Shown here: positions 1 through 11,199 of the stretch, in pieces
How positions within the stretch are numbered: the stretch's first letter is position 1
Layout: every line of letters starts with the position of its first letter
Assembly (NCBI RefSeq): GCF_001194135.2
Contig: NC_069008.1
Coordinates: forward strand, 9,003,932-9,038,951
Length of the DNA stretch: 35,020 nt
Direction: 5' to 3'
Source: Octopus bimaculoides
Lineage: Eukaryota
Made by a program: the position numbers and the translations under genes
The notes under the pieces: model-generated
Database searches by the model: none
The model's input: only the letters and a program-made list of their open reading frames with translations
Told to the model about the DNA's origin: nothing

Positions 1-392
1 ATATATATATATATATATATATATAGAAAAACAACAAATTAAGGGATACAGCTTCATTTTTATGGAAATTCAACAGTAAATGACAGATGCAAAAAAGAAA
101 TATATACACAATACAGTGAAAAGAGTTAAATGTAACCGTTAACAGATATGGATATATAAACGCTGTCGCTTAGTTGTATGGCACACATATACTCACTTGT
201 ACAAACATCCACAAAGATATAAGCATACGCACACACATGCTCACACAGTGAAATAGCTACTTAGTGTTCATAAGAACAGGGAGATTAGAATTAAATTTAA
301 TTCATTCATACCTTAAGGTAAATTATGATTATTAATTTGGTTAAGAGTTACTCATATTCATTCCCATTGCATATGCGTGTGTGTGTATATAT

Positions 393-1500
393 ATCATCAT
401 CATCGTTTAACGTCCGCTTTCCATGCTAGCATGGGTTGGACGATTTGACTGAGGACTGGTGAAACCGGATGGCAACACCAGGCTCCAGTCTGATTTGGCA
501 GAGTTTCTACAGCTGGATGCCCTTCCTAACGCCAACCACTCTGAGAGTGTAGTGGGTGCTTTTACGTGTCACCCGCACGAAAACGGCCACGCTCGAAATG
601 GTGTCTTTTATGTGCCNNNNNNNNNNNNNNNNNNNNNNNNNNNNNNNNNNNNNNNNNNNNNNNNNNNNNNNNNNNNNNNNNNNNNNNNNNNNNNNNNNNN
701 NNNNNNNNNNNNNNNNNNNNNNNNNNNNNNNNNNNNNNNNNNNNNNNNNNNNNNNNNNNNNNNNNNNNNNNNNNNNNNNNNNNNNNNNNNNNNNNNNNNN
801 NNNNNNNNNNNNNNNNNNNNNNNNNNNNNNNNNNNNNNNNNNNNNNNNNNNNNNNNNNNNNNNNNNNNNNNNNNNNNNNNNNNNNNNNNNNNNNNNNNNN
901 NNNNNNNNNNNNNNNNNNNNNNNNNNNNNNNNNNNNNNNNNNNNNNNNNNNNNNNNNNNNNNNNNNNNNNNNNNNNNNNNNNNNNNNNNNNNNNNNNNNN
1001 NNNNNNNNNNNNNNNNNNNNNNNNNNNNNNNNNNNNNNNNNNNNNNNNNNNNNNNNNNNNNNNNNNNNNNNNNNNNNNNNNNNNNNNNNNNNNNNNNNNN
1101 NNNNNNNNNNNNNNNNNNNNNNNNNNNNNNNNNNNNNNNNNNNNNNNNNNNNNNNNNCAACTGTTAGGGTGTGGCACTTTTTCACGTAGCTATCCTCATC
1201 CATTCTCACCACATGTCCATACCAGCGCAATCGTCTCTCTTGCATGCCACAACTGATGCTTCTAATGTTCAGCTTTTCTCTCAAGATACTTACACTCTGA
1301 CGGGTATTCACATTGACATTACACATCCAACGGAGCATACTGGCTTCATTCCTTGCGAGCTTACGCATGTCCTCAGCAGTTACAGCCCATGTTTCACTGC
1401 CATGTAGCATGGCTGTTCGTATGCATGCGTCATACAGTCTGCCTTTTACTCTGAGTGAGAGTCCCTTTGTCGCCAGCAGGGGTAAGAGCTCTCTAAACAT
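393..1500 (-). mobile_element. Young 5'-truncated RTE-clade LINE (3' part of ORF, 3' UTR and (GAT)n tail), spanning an N gap, in a PPP4C intron
   Basis: Minus strand 1158-1500 is stop-free: FRELLPLLATKGLSLRVKGRLYDACIRTAMLHGSETW...ERRLRWYGHVVRMDEDSYVKKCHTL, a typical RTE post-RT region. 393-616 is the 3' UTR ending ...gcggacgttaaacgatgatgatg. Confidence 0.9.
617..1157. other. Assembly gap (others at 8161-8170, 13696-13838, 22311-22714, 29880-30609)
   Basis: Runs of N. Three of the five gaps sit inside or directly after a young repeat. Confidence 1.
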
Positions 1501-1586
1501 AACTAAAGGAATCATACACCAATATTAACTTGCTACATTCATTGATATTTGTACCTGTAACCTTTTTTTTTTTTTCTCTTTTACAG

Positions 1587-1776
1587 ACATGCAAGGCTGG
1601 GGTGTCTCTCCTCGAGGAGCTGGGTACCTGTTTGGCAGTGATGTGGTGTCACAGTTCAACGTTGCTAATGACATTGATCTCATTTGCCGGGCTCATCAGT
1701 TAGTCATGGAAGGCTACAAATGGCATTTTAATGAGACTGTTCTAACTGTCTGGTCAGCACCAAATTACTGTTACAG
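1587..1776 (+). CDS. PPP4C: PP4 catalytic subunit, internal coding exon (190 nt)
   Basis: Polypyrimidine tract plus ttacag acceptor (AG at 1585-1586) and gtgagt donor at 1777. Translates (D)[62 protein letters not shown](R), containing the PPP-family RAHQ and SAPNY motifs. [16 protein letters not shown] and [13 protein letters not shown] are PP4-type rather than PP2A or PP6. Confidence 0.96.
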
Positions 1777-1889
1777 GTGAGTTATGTAAATTTTGGTAAT
1801 TGGTGCATTTGTGGAATTGGTAGAGCATCAGATGTAATAAAGTTGTGCTCTGTTTAGTTAGGGATTTTCTTTTTTTTTACCTTCTTAGA

Positions 1890-2070
1890 TGCAGGAATGG
1901 TTATGTGGTCAAGAAATTTGCGTCCCAGCTTCCCTACCACATGGTTTTGGGTTCAGTCCCAATTCTTGGAACCTTGGGCAAGTGCCTTCTATAATAGTCC
2001 TGGGCTGATCAAAGTCTTGTGAGTGAATTTGGTAGATGGAAACTGAAAGAAGCTCATTTCATGTATATAA
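1890..2070 (+). mobile_element. tRNA-derived SINE, family A (CORE-like), 5' half
   Basis: Degenerate A/B-box head (tggttatgtggtcaag...ggttcagtccc) followed by accttgggcaagtg (CORE-like) and ggaaactgaaagaagc. Homologous to the copies at 3917, 10355 and 16525. Confidence 0.7.
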
Positions 2071-2080
2071 ATATATAAAA

Positions 2081-2255
2081 TCATCATTCTCCTCATTTAA
2101 TGTCTGTTTTCCATGCTGGCATGGGTTGGACGGTTTGACAGGGGCCACATCAGGTTTCATAGTTTGTTTTGGCTTGGTTTCTATGGCTGGGTGCCCTTCC
2201 TAATACCAACCACTTCAGAGAGTGTGATGGGTGCTTTTTGTGTGGTACCAGCACC
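2081..2255 (-). mobile_element. RTE LINE 3'-terminal fragment (older copy)
   Basis: Diverged match to the 393-616 3' UTR (ttccatgctggcatgggttggacgg...tgcccttcctaataccaaccac). Confidence 0.8.
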
Positions 2256-2467
2256 CTCACCAATGCTTTTTACATGGCACTTTTGCTTTAGGGTCTCAAT
2301 TCTGTTGTTGTTGGTGGGTTTTCTCTAGTACAACACGGTTCCACCAATCTCAAACCTCTGTCTTCACTTTCGTAAGGTTCAGCATTTTGAGATTATCCTT
2401 CAGTACTTACTGGGTCTTCCTCTTCCACAACTTTCACACACACACACACACACACACACAAGTGTAT

Positions 2468-2775
2468 GTCTTCGAATGTTGGGCCTCATGTAGGCGATGA
2501 CAAGTGACTGAGACTTTTGGCAATATGCAGTGTTTGAGAAGACTTGTGAAGCCAAGTGAAATCATAATTGTGGCCATTACCAGTATCATGTAATTGGCTC
2601 ATAAAAAGCACCCATTACACTCTTGGAGGGGTTGGCATTAAGAAGGGCATCCAGCTGTAGAAACCATGCCAAATTAGACTGGAACCTGGTGCAGTCCTCT
2701 GGCTTACCAGTTCCAATCAAACTGTCTAACCCATGCCAACATGGAAAGCAGATGATAAATGATGATGATGATGAT
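2468..2775 (+). mobile_element. RTE LINE 3' fragment (ORF end, 3' UTR, (GAT)n tail)
   Basis: Starts in the ORF end (cttcgaatgttgggcctca...), carries aagaagggcatccagctgtagaaac and ends in gatgatgatgatgat. Confidence 0.85.
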
Positions 2776-2970
2776 ATGCCAGGGGTCACCAAACTACAGC
2801 CCACACGGTCAGTTCATCTGGTTCACCACTGCACTGTACCTTTTGTGTAAGTACCCACAATGAGAGTTCAGTTGTCTTTGGCATAGCATCAGTGTTTGGA
2901 ACTTATGTTTGCGAGCGAACATTTTCAAAATTGAAGTATGTGAATGCGGTTGACTGATAAACATTTGAAA

Positions 2971-3042
2971 GCAATTCTCTTGATTGGATGCAGCAATTCT
3001 CTTGATTGGATGCAGCAATTCTCTTGATTGGATGCAGCAATT
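2971..3042. repeat. Perfect 22-bp tandem repeat (gcaattctcttgattggatgca) x3 plus 6 nt
   Basis: Identical units at 2971, 2993 and 3015, with a partial unit at 3037. Confidence 0.95.
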
Positions 3043-3556
3043 ACAAAACAAATACTGATGAATTCCTGTTTCACAAATCTCACTCACCTTTTTTTGCTGC
3101 TTAGTTTGAGAGATTTGGATATGTGCACTCTGGGTGGGATATAACTATCTTATTGATAACGTTTTGGTGAATAAATATATTGGTTGTCTTTATTTTTTTG
3201 TTTATTCACTGTATTGTATTAAACAAAATAGTTATGCAGCCCACATGTGTCATTCTCTCAGTTATCTTGCTCACTGTGAAAAAAAGTTTGGTGACCCCTG
3301 ATGATATGCAAACATTAAGTTAGTTGAAATATGTTTGTCAAATATTTCAACTGCTAAAAGGCAAATTCACTATAGTTACCATGGAGGAAAAATTCTCTCT
3401 GAAGGTAAAAGGTATAAAAACACCATATCTGCCCAGTGTTGCCCTCTGTTGGATTCCCAGAATGCTAAGACAATAAGCCCTTATCATTGTGTTTGGCTGT
3501 GTGTTCAAGTGTCGTACTGTTCTTTAATGTAATTTCTATTTTCCTGTCTCTTGCAG

Positions 3557-3635
3557 ATGTGGCAACGTTGCAGCAATATTAGAACTTGACGAACATGTAC
3601 AAAGAGATTTTACTATTTTTGAAGCTGCCCCACAG
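3557..3635 (+). CDS. PPP4C: PP4 catalytic subunit, penultimate coding exon (79 nt)
   Basis: ttgcag acceptor and gtgagt donor. Phase fits the previous exon (AG|A = Arg). Translates [26 protein letters not shown]. Confidence 0.96.
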
Positions 3636-3916
3636 GTGAGTGCAAGCCGCAGTGCCATTGAGCATCTCGTTCTGTTCATGATGATAGCAGTAGGAGTTAC
3701 TGATGTTGTTAGTCCTTCCCTCATTCCAGATCAGCCCTACTTGAGCAATCCAGCCATATGATTGTTGTTTATCAAAGACAATCAAAAGAATAAGAGCTTT
3801 GACAGTGTAAGTGAAGTGAATTGGTTTCAATCGAGATATTGAAACCTCATCTCTGAACTTAGTTGCTGGAAATAGATATTCTTTGCTTCAGTGTAAGCAT
3901 TCAAATATTGTCTTTA

Positions 3917-4275
3917 GGTGTGGCAGTGTGGTTAGAAGGTTGCTTCCCAGTCACATGGTTCCAGGTTCAGTCCCTCTGCATGGCACCTTGAGGCAAATGT
4001 CTTCTACAATGATCAAAGCCTTGTGAGTGGCTATGGAAGGTGGAAACTGAAAGAAGCCTGTCGTATATATACTATATGTATCTGTGTGTGTGTCTTTGTG
4101 TCTGTGTTGTTCCCCTATCACTACTTGACAACCAGTGTTGGTGTGTTTATGTCCCTGTAACTTAGCAGTTTGGCAAAAGACACTGATAGAATAAATACTA
4201 GGTTTAAGAATTAAGTCCTGGGGTTAATTTGTTCAACTAAAATCCCTGAAGCAAGTGAAAGAATAAAAGACTATC
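3917..4275 (+). mobile_element. tRNA-derived SINE, family A, near full length
   Basis: Head ggtgtggcagtgtggttagaag...ggttcagtccc, CORE-like ggcaccttgaggcaaatgtctt, internal (TG)n, and tail cttagcagtttggcaaaagacactgatagaataa...gaataaaaga. Confidence 0.8.
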
Positions 4276-4488
4276 AAAATCCTGCCGTATTTCACATGGA
4301 ATTTATGGTCTTGGTTGTATGAGTCAATCTACTTTTTTGCCTTTTTCTGTAAATTTGGGTCTGAAAAATACAGTATAGAAAATCTTTGCATTTCTATTTT
4401 CTCGCACACTCTTTGTGAGCCAGTGATTCAATAGTTTGGAATTTTCAACTTTTACAGAAATGGCCCCATTTTACTTTGGCACCACTCA

Positions 4489-5790
4489 TCATTATCATCA
4501 TCATCGTTTAACTTCTGTTTTCCATACTGGCATGGGTTGGAAGGTTTGACTGAGGACTGGCAAGCCAGAAGGCTGCACCAGACTCCAATCTGATCTGGCA
4601 AAGTTTCTGTAACTGGAAGACCTTCCTAACGCCAACCACTCCGAGGGAGTAGTGGGTGCTTTTTACGTGCCACCGTCACGGGAGCCAGTAAGGTGGCACT
4701 GGCATTGACGATGTTTGGAAAGTGCTTTTTACATGCTGCTAGCACAGGAGCCAGCGGGGGGTGCACTGGCATCGACCATGTTCAGATGGTGCTTTTTACA
4801 TGCCACCAGCATGGGGAACCAGTCAGACTGCACTGGCATCAACCCACGCTTGAATGGTGCTTATTACGTGCCACCAGCCCGGGTGCCAGTCAGGTGGCAC
4901 TGGCATCAGCTATGATTACGATTTCACTTGACTCAACAGTTCTTCTCAAGCACAGTGTATCGCCCAATGATTCAAGGGTACTTTTAAATGGGTTGGTTAT
5001 GCAAAACTGGTATCGGCCACAGCTGTGATCTCACTTTACTTGCCAGGTCTTCTCAATCACAGCATACCTTCAAAGGTCTCAATCTCTTGCCATTGCCCAA
5101 CATTCGAAGGTCATGCTTCACCACCTCATCCCATTATCTTCCTAGGTCCACCTCTTCCACTGTTAATGTGTGACACTTCTTCACACAGCTGTCCTCATCT
5201 ATACACATCACATGACCATTCCAGTGCAGTCGTCTCTCTTGCACACCACATCTGATGCTTCTTAGATCCAACTTTTCTCTCAGGGTGCTTACACACTGAC
5301 ATTACACATCCAGCAAATCATACTAGCTTCATCTCTTTCAAGCCTATGCATGTCCTCAGCAGTCACAGTCTACCTTTCAATCTGAGCAGGAGGCCCTTTG
5401 TTACCATCAGAGGTAGGAGCTCTCTGAACTTTGCCCAGGCTATTCTTATTCTAGCAGCTACACTCTCAGAGCAACCATCACACACTACAGACTTGGTCAT
5501 CGAAGTAGCGGAAGTTATCACCTACTTCTGGTTTCTATGTGAAGGAATCTGTTTCCTGTACATCTTCGATGTTTATTGCCTCTGATTAACCTTCCTTTGA
5601 TGTTGATGTACCTCTTGCGTGCCCATAGTTTACACCAAGTACATCTTAGGGGAGTTGCTACCTATGCCTTTTCTACAGATTGAGCAGGGCCATCTATCTG
5701 AAAAGGTTTTTGATTTGTCTGTTTTTCTACTTATTAGGACTTTGGTTTTTGCTAGATTGACTCTAAGACCCTTCAATTCTAGACTTTGCC
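4489..5790 (-). mobile_element. Degenerate 5'-truncated RTE LINE (~1.3 kb), same family
   Basis: Minus strand reads LESKGLRVNLAKTKVLISRK...RWPCSICRKG and CSESVAARIRIAWAKFRELLPL with frameshifts, then a 3' UTR with four ~66-nt repeat units (4656-4915) and a (GAT)n tail. Confidence 0.88.
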
Positions 5791-5849
5791 CCACTGATTA
5801 CACTAAATCTCGTAACCTGAAATATCTGAATCAACTTGGCTTTAGTACA

Positions 5850-6630
5850 ATGATATTTTAGAGGCTCAGCTGATGCATTTATAATGTTTATGATTTATTT
5901 TGTGGGTCAGATATGGTTAAAATGTTTTAGAGGATCATGTATGTTTATAATGTTTTGGCAGTTAGGAATACATACAATGTTTGGAGTCAAGTAATATGCT
6001 TGTAGTATTTATGATGCTTTTAAGTTTAAGGTAGATGTGCTTTAGGGATCTGGTATATGTTTGATGTTATGGGTCACCTTAATCTTTCATCCTTTCAGGG
6101 TCGATAAAATAAGTTGAGCACTGAGGTCAATGTAATCAATTTAACTACTCTTGGGTAAAAGTATAAAAGTTGCACCCCTCTGCTAAGCCATGTGGAGCCA
6201 GTGTGGCAGAATCAGCTCATAAACCAGTATGATCTTGAACTCAAATTCATAGCCTTCATCTCAGACCATGGTTGGTGGAGAGATAGGCAATCCAATCCAA
6301 TCTAATGTATGATAATTAAGAGCTGTATTTTATGGGATTGATGTTTGTGATGATATTAAATGATGTATTAATGGTCAATGATTAAGATGTTGCAAACGAT
6401 GTGCTGTTTATGATGTTTTGGGGATCAGATTATTATGATGTTTTGGGATTAATGATCATGATGCTAAATAATTTATTAGGGGTCAAACAATGTGCTGTTT
6501 ATGTTTTAAGGTTAGATAATTATTTATATTTTGATGGTCAAACAACAACTATGATGTAGAGTGTGTTTTGGAGGTCAGATGATGTGGTGTATATTTCTGA
6601 TGCTATGCAGGGAGGGGGTCAAATGATGTT
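5850..6630. repeat. Degenerate minisatellite (core atgatgtttt(g/a)gg(g)tca) interrupted by a SINE tail fragment at ~6077-6150
   Basis: Recurrent atgttttagagg / atgttttggggatcag / atgatgttttgggatt motifs spaced a few tens of nt apart. Confidence 0.6.
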
Positions 6631-7135
6631 ATTGGAGTCAACTAGCCTGCTGATATCTCCAGTGTGGTGTACATGCAGCCCTGGACATCTAAGAATATCA
6701 TAGACCTGTTATTGTTCTGCCTTGTGTAACTATCTTTTGCCTGTTCCTCTAAGAAGCACTGTGTTTGCAAACCAACTGGCCCAGACACAATAGCACGCTG
6801 CCACTGAGCTCGTGTGAACCGAGCCAACCAGGTCGCCGATGCTGCAACCATGCCACAATCACCTGCAAGGGACAGTGGCTGCAGCATCAGACATGAAGAA
6901 GAGTGGCAGCAACAGTAATCCTGGGCCACATGCAGAGTTCCTGACAGTAGCTTCGGCACCATTGGGCTACTGGAAGAGCATTAACCAGCACACTAGCTAG
7001 TGTATTTCGTGATATTTATGATAATAATGATGCTGAGTATTAATTTTGGTGCATGTCAAATGTATTTATAATGATGTTCTGTCTCCATATAGATCTGATA
7101 GATGTCTAAATTGTGTGTCTCACTCTCTTTTCCAG

Positions 7136-7186
7136 GAATGCCGTGGAATCCCATCTAAAAAGCCACAACCAGACTACTTCCTCTGA
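7136..7186 (+). CDS. PPP4C: PP4 catalytic subunit, terminal coding exon
   Basis: ctctcttttccag acceptor, phase 0. Translates ECRGIPSKKPQPDYFL followed by TGA TGA. DYFL is the conserved PP2A/PP4-family C-terminus. Confidence 0.95.
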   Translation, partial: ECRGIPSKKPQPDYFL

Positions 7187-7839
7187 TGAACGTCAATATA
7201 TCTGCCCCCACCCCACCTTTCTCTCTCTCTCTCTCTCAAACCCACTACTCCCCAATCTCTCTTACCTGTCTCTCTCTCTCTCTCCTACATTACCATAAAC
7301 CAAATACGTCTTACCTGTGAACTTAACTGGACCGTGATTGGCCAGCTGTTGCACAACATAACATTCAGAGACTGACACATACACACACACAAATGGAAAC
7401 AGAGACATACATGCACATACACACACATATATATATATATATACATGCACACAAATATATCTACTATTGCTATACTCATTGTCACCATTCATTTCTCATT
7501 AAATATCATCACAACACTGTCATTCAACTTCAGCCTCTGTCTCTTTAATGTATGATTATATTTTATAAATGTTATGTAATATGTAGGTATGTGTGCATAT
7601 ATATGTAATGCATGTATACATGGATGTAATACATATATAAAATATAGATAAATATAGATTATATATTGTAATATACATTATATGTATATAATGTAATTTA
7701 CAGTATATACTGTGTATATATATATATATATACATGTCAGTGCATATGTGTACATATAGGTATGCATTTATGTATGTATTTATGTGTGTGTGTGTGTGGA
7801 TACATGTATGGTTATATGTATGTATATACATATGCATAA

Positions 7840-7876
<37 letters not shown>

Positions 7877-8335
7877 CATACACACATGCAAATGCATGTA
7901 TGTGTAGACATATGTTTGTATATAATAATTAATGTACTCCTGATATCTATAATACATTTGTGATGTACAATCCATTATTATATAATTATATGTAAACATG
8001 TGTTTATGCATTCATGGCATAAGTTCTTTTTTCTTCTGCTTGCTTGAGTTGATCAGGTTTCATTTCCTGTCCTCCCTTGTCATATGGCATACACAGCAAC
8101 AGAAAAATATCACATGCACAGTTTTGCCAGTATATGTACATTCGTGTAATATATATATATNNNNNNNNNNATGTATGTATGTATATAATTTTGGGTTCTT
8201 GTGTGTGTGTATATACCCATGCATGCATGGAAGATGGATGTTAAATGATATATATATATATAAATTTGGGAGTGTGTATATATATTTATGTGTGTGTACA
8301 TAATTTTGGATTTATATGTATGTATATATAATTTG

Positions 8336-8366
<31 letters not shown>

Positions 8367-8400
8367 GTTTGTGTGCATAGTTTTGGATTATATATTTCTC

Positions 8401-8439
<39 letters not shown>

Positions 8440-8522
8440 TTCCGTCTTCTAAGGGTAAATACTCGATCTTTCTCAGCTGTTCTCACAGACTGTACTGCAT
8501 TCGACAATTACTTTCTTGTCTG

Positions 8523-8558
<36 letters not shown>

Positions 8559-8734
8559 GAGTTTTTATATATATAAACTTGGGTGTGTGTATATATATTT
8601 GTGTGTGTACATAATTTTGGATTTATATGCATGTATATATAATTTGGGGTATATATATATATATATGTATAGTTTTGGATTATATATTTGTGTGTGTGTG
8701 TATATATATATATGTGTGTGTATATATGTGTGTG

Positions 8735-8800
<66 letters not shown>
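7187..8800 (+). repeat. Probable PPP4C 3' UTR / downstream region dominated by (CT)n, (CA)n, (TA)n and (TG)n microsatellites with a degenerate ataattttggatt satellite
   Basis: Follows the stop codon directly. A near-duplicated block (tgtgtatatatattt...gtgtgtgtacataattttggatttatatg) occurs at ~8270-8335 and ~8585-8650. The poly(A) site cannot be placed from sequence. Confidence 0.6.
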
Positions 8801-8801
<1 letters not shown>

Positions 8802-9160
8802 TATAAATATATTGAATATACTTGTGCATGTGTCAGATATGGTTGTATAAAGAGAAAAGTGTATCTCTGGCTGGGTGATTGAAATTCTCGCATGTGGTGG
8901 CCATCAAAGAAGCATTTTGCAGAAGTTCAGCTCTTAATCCAGTCACCTCTGTGCATTTATATGAATCAAATTTGTTTCTGGAAACCTTGGGTATGTATAT
9001 ATAAATCAGTTATTAATTGATGCTTTAGCTGCTGTTTCTTTGAGTCCAGTTCATGATGACTGGGGATATCTGTTTATCTACAATTCACAGGTTTCAGACT
9101 AACTCCAGAACCAATGACATTTTTCATTTTGTGCTTCAAAGTGCTGCCTCCTCGTGTTAA

Positions 9161-9251
9161 CCCTTTAGCATTCAGATTACTCTGTCACATGGGATGCTTG
9201 TTTATTCATATTGTTTTGAGTTACTCAAGCATTGTCTTGTAGCTTCAAGGG
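9161..9251. mobile_element. Short piggyBac-like MITE
   Basis: Termini CCCTT...AAGGG flanked by TTAA on both sides (9157-9160 and 9252-9255). The left end recurs inverted at ~17283-17380 (gacagagtaatctgaatgctaaaaggttaa). Confidence 0.7.
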
Positions 9252-9382
9252 TTAAGGGAGGAAAATACGGTCTGATGTGCATGTTTTTGTTAATATATAA
9301 ATATATATATATATATATACACTCAAATATGAATTAGAAGCAGCTTGAGGGATATAAACAAAACCAAACACACATACACAGT

Positions 9383-10340
9383 TGCCCTCCTTCAACTGTG
9401 TCCTGTAAAATGATATCAAATAGGGAGTTGTGGCGGGATACATGATCATACCAGTCAAGCTTTCGTCTTTTTATCCTAACAAGGAGTGGCTCCAAGCAAG
9501 CTTTCGTTGTTAGATATGTATAGAAAGATAGATAGATAGATCTGCATGTACACACATGATGATGGCAGTTCTTTGTTCAAAAATCATTAAGGACGAGTGG
9601 CGAGCCCTTAAGTAGCTATGTCAACTAATCCTTGAATGAGAGGCTCTGACATACTTGGGGCACATACGTAGGCTTTCGGCAGATAAGTGTCACCCGCTTG
9701 TTCTGGCTTTCTCAAAGTTACTTGCAATTGTCTGGGTGCAGTCTCACCATGCCTCTCTTTGTGCTGCAACTCCTTCCGACCTTGTGGGATCACTCCTTAT
9801 CCGGATGAACTGGTGTTTCAGCTAGTCTTTGAAATGCTTCCAGGGATGTGATCTCTTGTGTCACCTTTTCCCCGGCTGAGCTTAATAAAATACAGCTCTC
9901 AGCATTCTGGATTTATCCATGCATGAGAAGTGGCCTGCTGCCTATCTGAGCTGCTTGAGTAGTAGCATGGTTTCTGTGCTCAGCACAATTGGCCTGCTGG
10001 AGGACTTAGTCCTTGGTGATGTTTTCCTTCATGAAATGATCATGATGAAGTGAAGGCATCTCTGGTGGAAGTGTTGCTGCAGCTTGACCTGCTTCTTGTA
10101 CAACACCCAGCACCCAAGCTTCTGAACCATAGAGGAGAGTAGAGATGACATCTACCTTGTAGACTTAGGTTCTGATGAGCAAGTGCAGGGCATGGTTCTG
10201 CCATACACACTTCTGCAGATATTCAAAGAAGGTGTTGCCTTTGGCAATGCAGTTGTCCAATGTCCTTTTCACAGGTTGCATTATTAAGAATGATGTTCCC
10301 CAGGTAGGTGACATGGGGCTGCACCTTGAAGGATTTTTAG
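9383..10340 (-). mobile_element. Degenerate RTE/BovB-type LINE fragments (different family)
   Basis: 9383-9495 reads EPLLVRIKRRKLDWYDHVSRHNSLFDIILQDTVEG. 9550-10340 reads post-RT RTE-like remnants (LYKKQVKLQQHFHQRCL; QLR*AAGHFSCMDKSRMLRAVFY) with many stops. Confidence 0.65.
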
Positions 10341-10349
10341 TTGAATGTA

Positions 10350-10992
10350 TCAACCCCCAGTACTTATTTTTTTATAAACCTGGCTCTTATTCTATCAGTC
10401 TCTTTTGCTGAACTGCTAAGTTATAGCAATGTAAACACACCAGTACTGGTTGTCAAGCAGTGGCAGTGGGGACAAACACACACAAATATATTCATGACAA
10501 GCTTTTTTTAGTTTGTCTACCAAATCCACTCACAAGGCTTTGGTCAGTCCGAGGCCGTAGTAGAAGACATTTGCCCAAGGTGCCATGCAGTGGGACTGAA
10601 TCTGGAACGATCTGGTTGGGAAGCAAGTTTCTTACCATACAGCCACACCTACACCTCTGTGTGTATATATATGTGTATATGTATGTATCCCTTATCTTTT
10701 CCTTGGTTCAGTATTAGACTGTGGCCATGCTGGAACACCGCCTTGAAGAATTTTTAGTGGGTGTGTGTGTTTTTGCATCTGTGTTTGTCCCCCACCACTG
10801 TTTGAAAACTGGTGTTTATGTCCCCATAACTTAGCAGTTCAGCAAAAGAGACTAATAGAATAAGTCCCAGGCTTAAAAGGTAAAAATAAATAAAAGTACT
10901 GAGATTGATTCATTCAAGTAACAATTCTTCAAGGTGGTGCCCCAGCATGACTGCAGTCTAATGACTGAAACAAGTAAAAGATAAAAGATAGA
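10350..10992. mobile_element. Cluster of family-A SINE pieces (minus full copy ~10355-10650, minus tail ~10690-10757, plus tail ~10760-10992)
   Basis: Matches to the head, CORE-like and tail segments of the 3917 copy in both orientations. Confidence 0.75.
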
Positions 10993-11199
10993 ATGAAGGA
11001 CAGTCCTAAGTGAGTTGTTATGGAAAGGTTTAAGGTAATCTTGAAGCTCATTCTTCATAGTTCAGATTTTGGCTCCCTAGAGGAGACTGCTATCTACCCA
11101 TGGCTTGATGAATGCAAGCCTCGTTGGCTTTGAAATACTTGATTTACAGATATTTTTCTGCTTTTTACAGGTACCTTAAGTTTGTTCCTTGCTTTTCAG

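Noticed and set aside
459-1256. Long ORFs crossing N gaps (also 13574-13925, 22096-22732, 29502-30775)
   Set aside because: They are artefacts of N runs, and the real parts are RTE 3' UTR or antisense RTE sequence.
2971-3042. CRISPR-like direct repeats
   Set aside because: The units are contiguous with no spacers, there are no cas genes, and the context is a eukaryotic intron.
6640-6990. GC-richer segment with a 106-aa minus ORF
   Set aside because: No recognisable protein motif and no splice-consistent role in PPP4C. It is probably a decayed LINE fragment but cannot be assigned.
7184-7189. Stop-codon readthrough or selenocysteine at the PPP4C TGA
   Set aside because: There is a tandem TGA TGA right after the conserved DYFL terminus, which is normal termination.
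7262-8882. Many Y/I/C/V/H/T-rich ORFs
   Set aside because: They are translations of (TA)n, (TG)n and (CA)n microsatellites.
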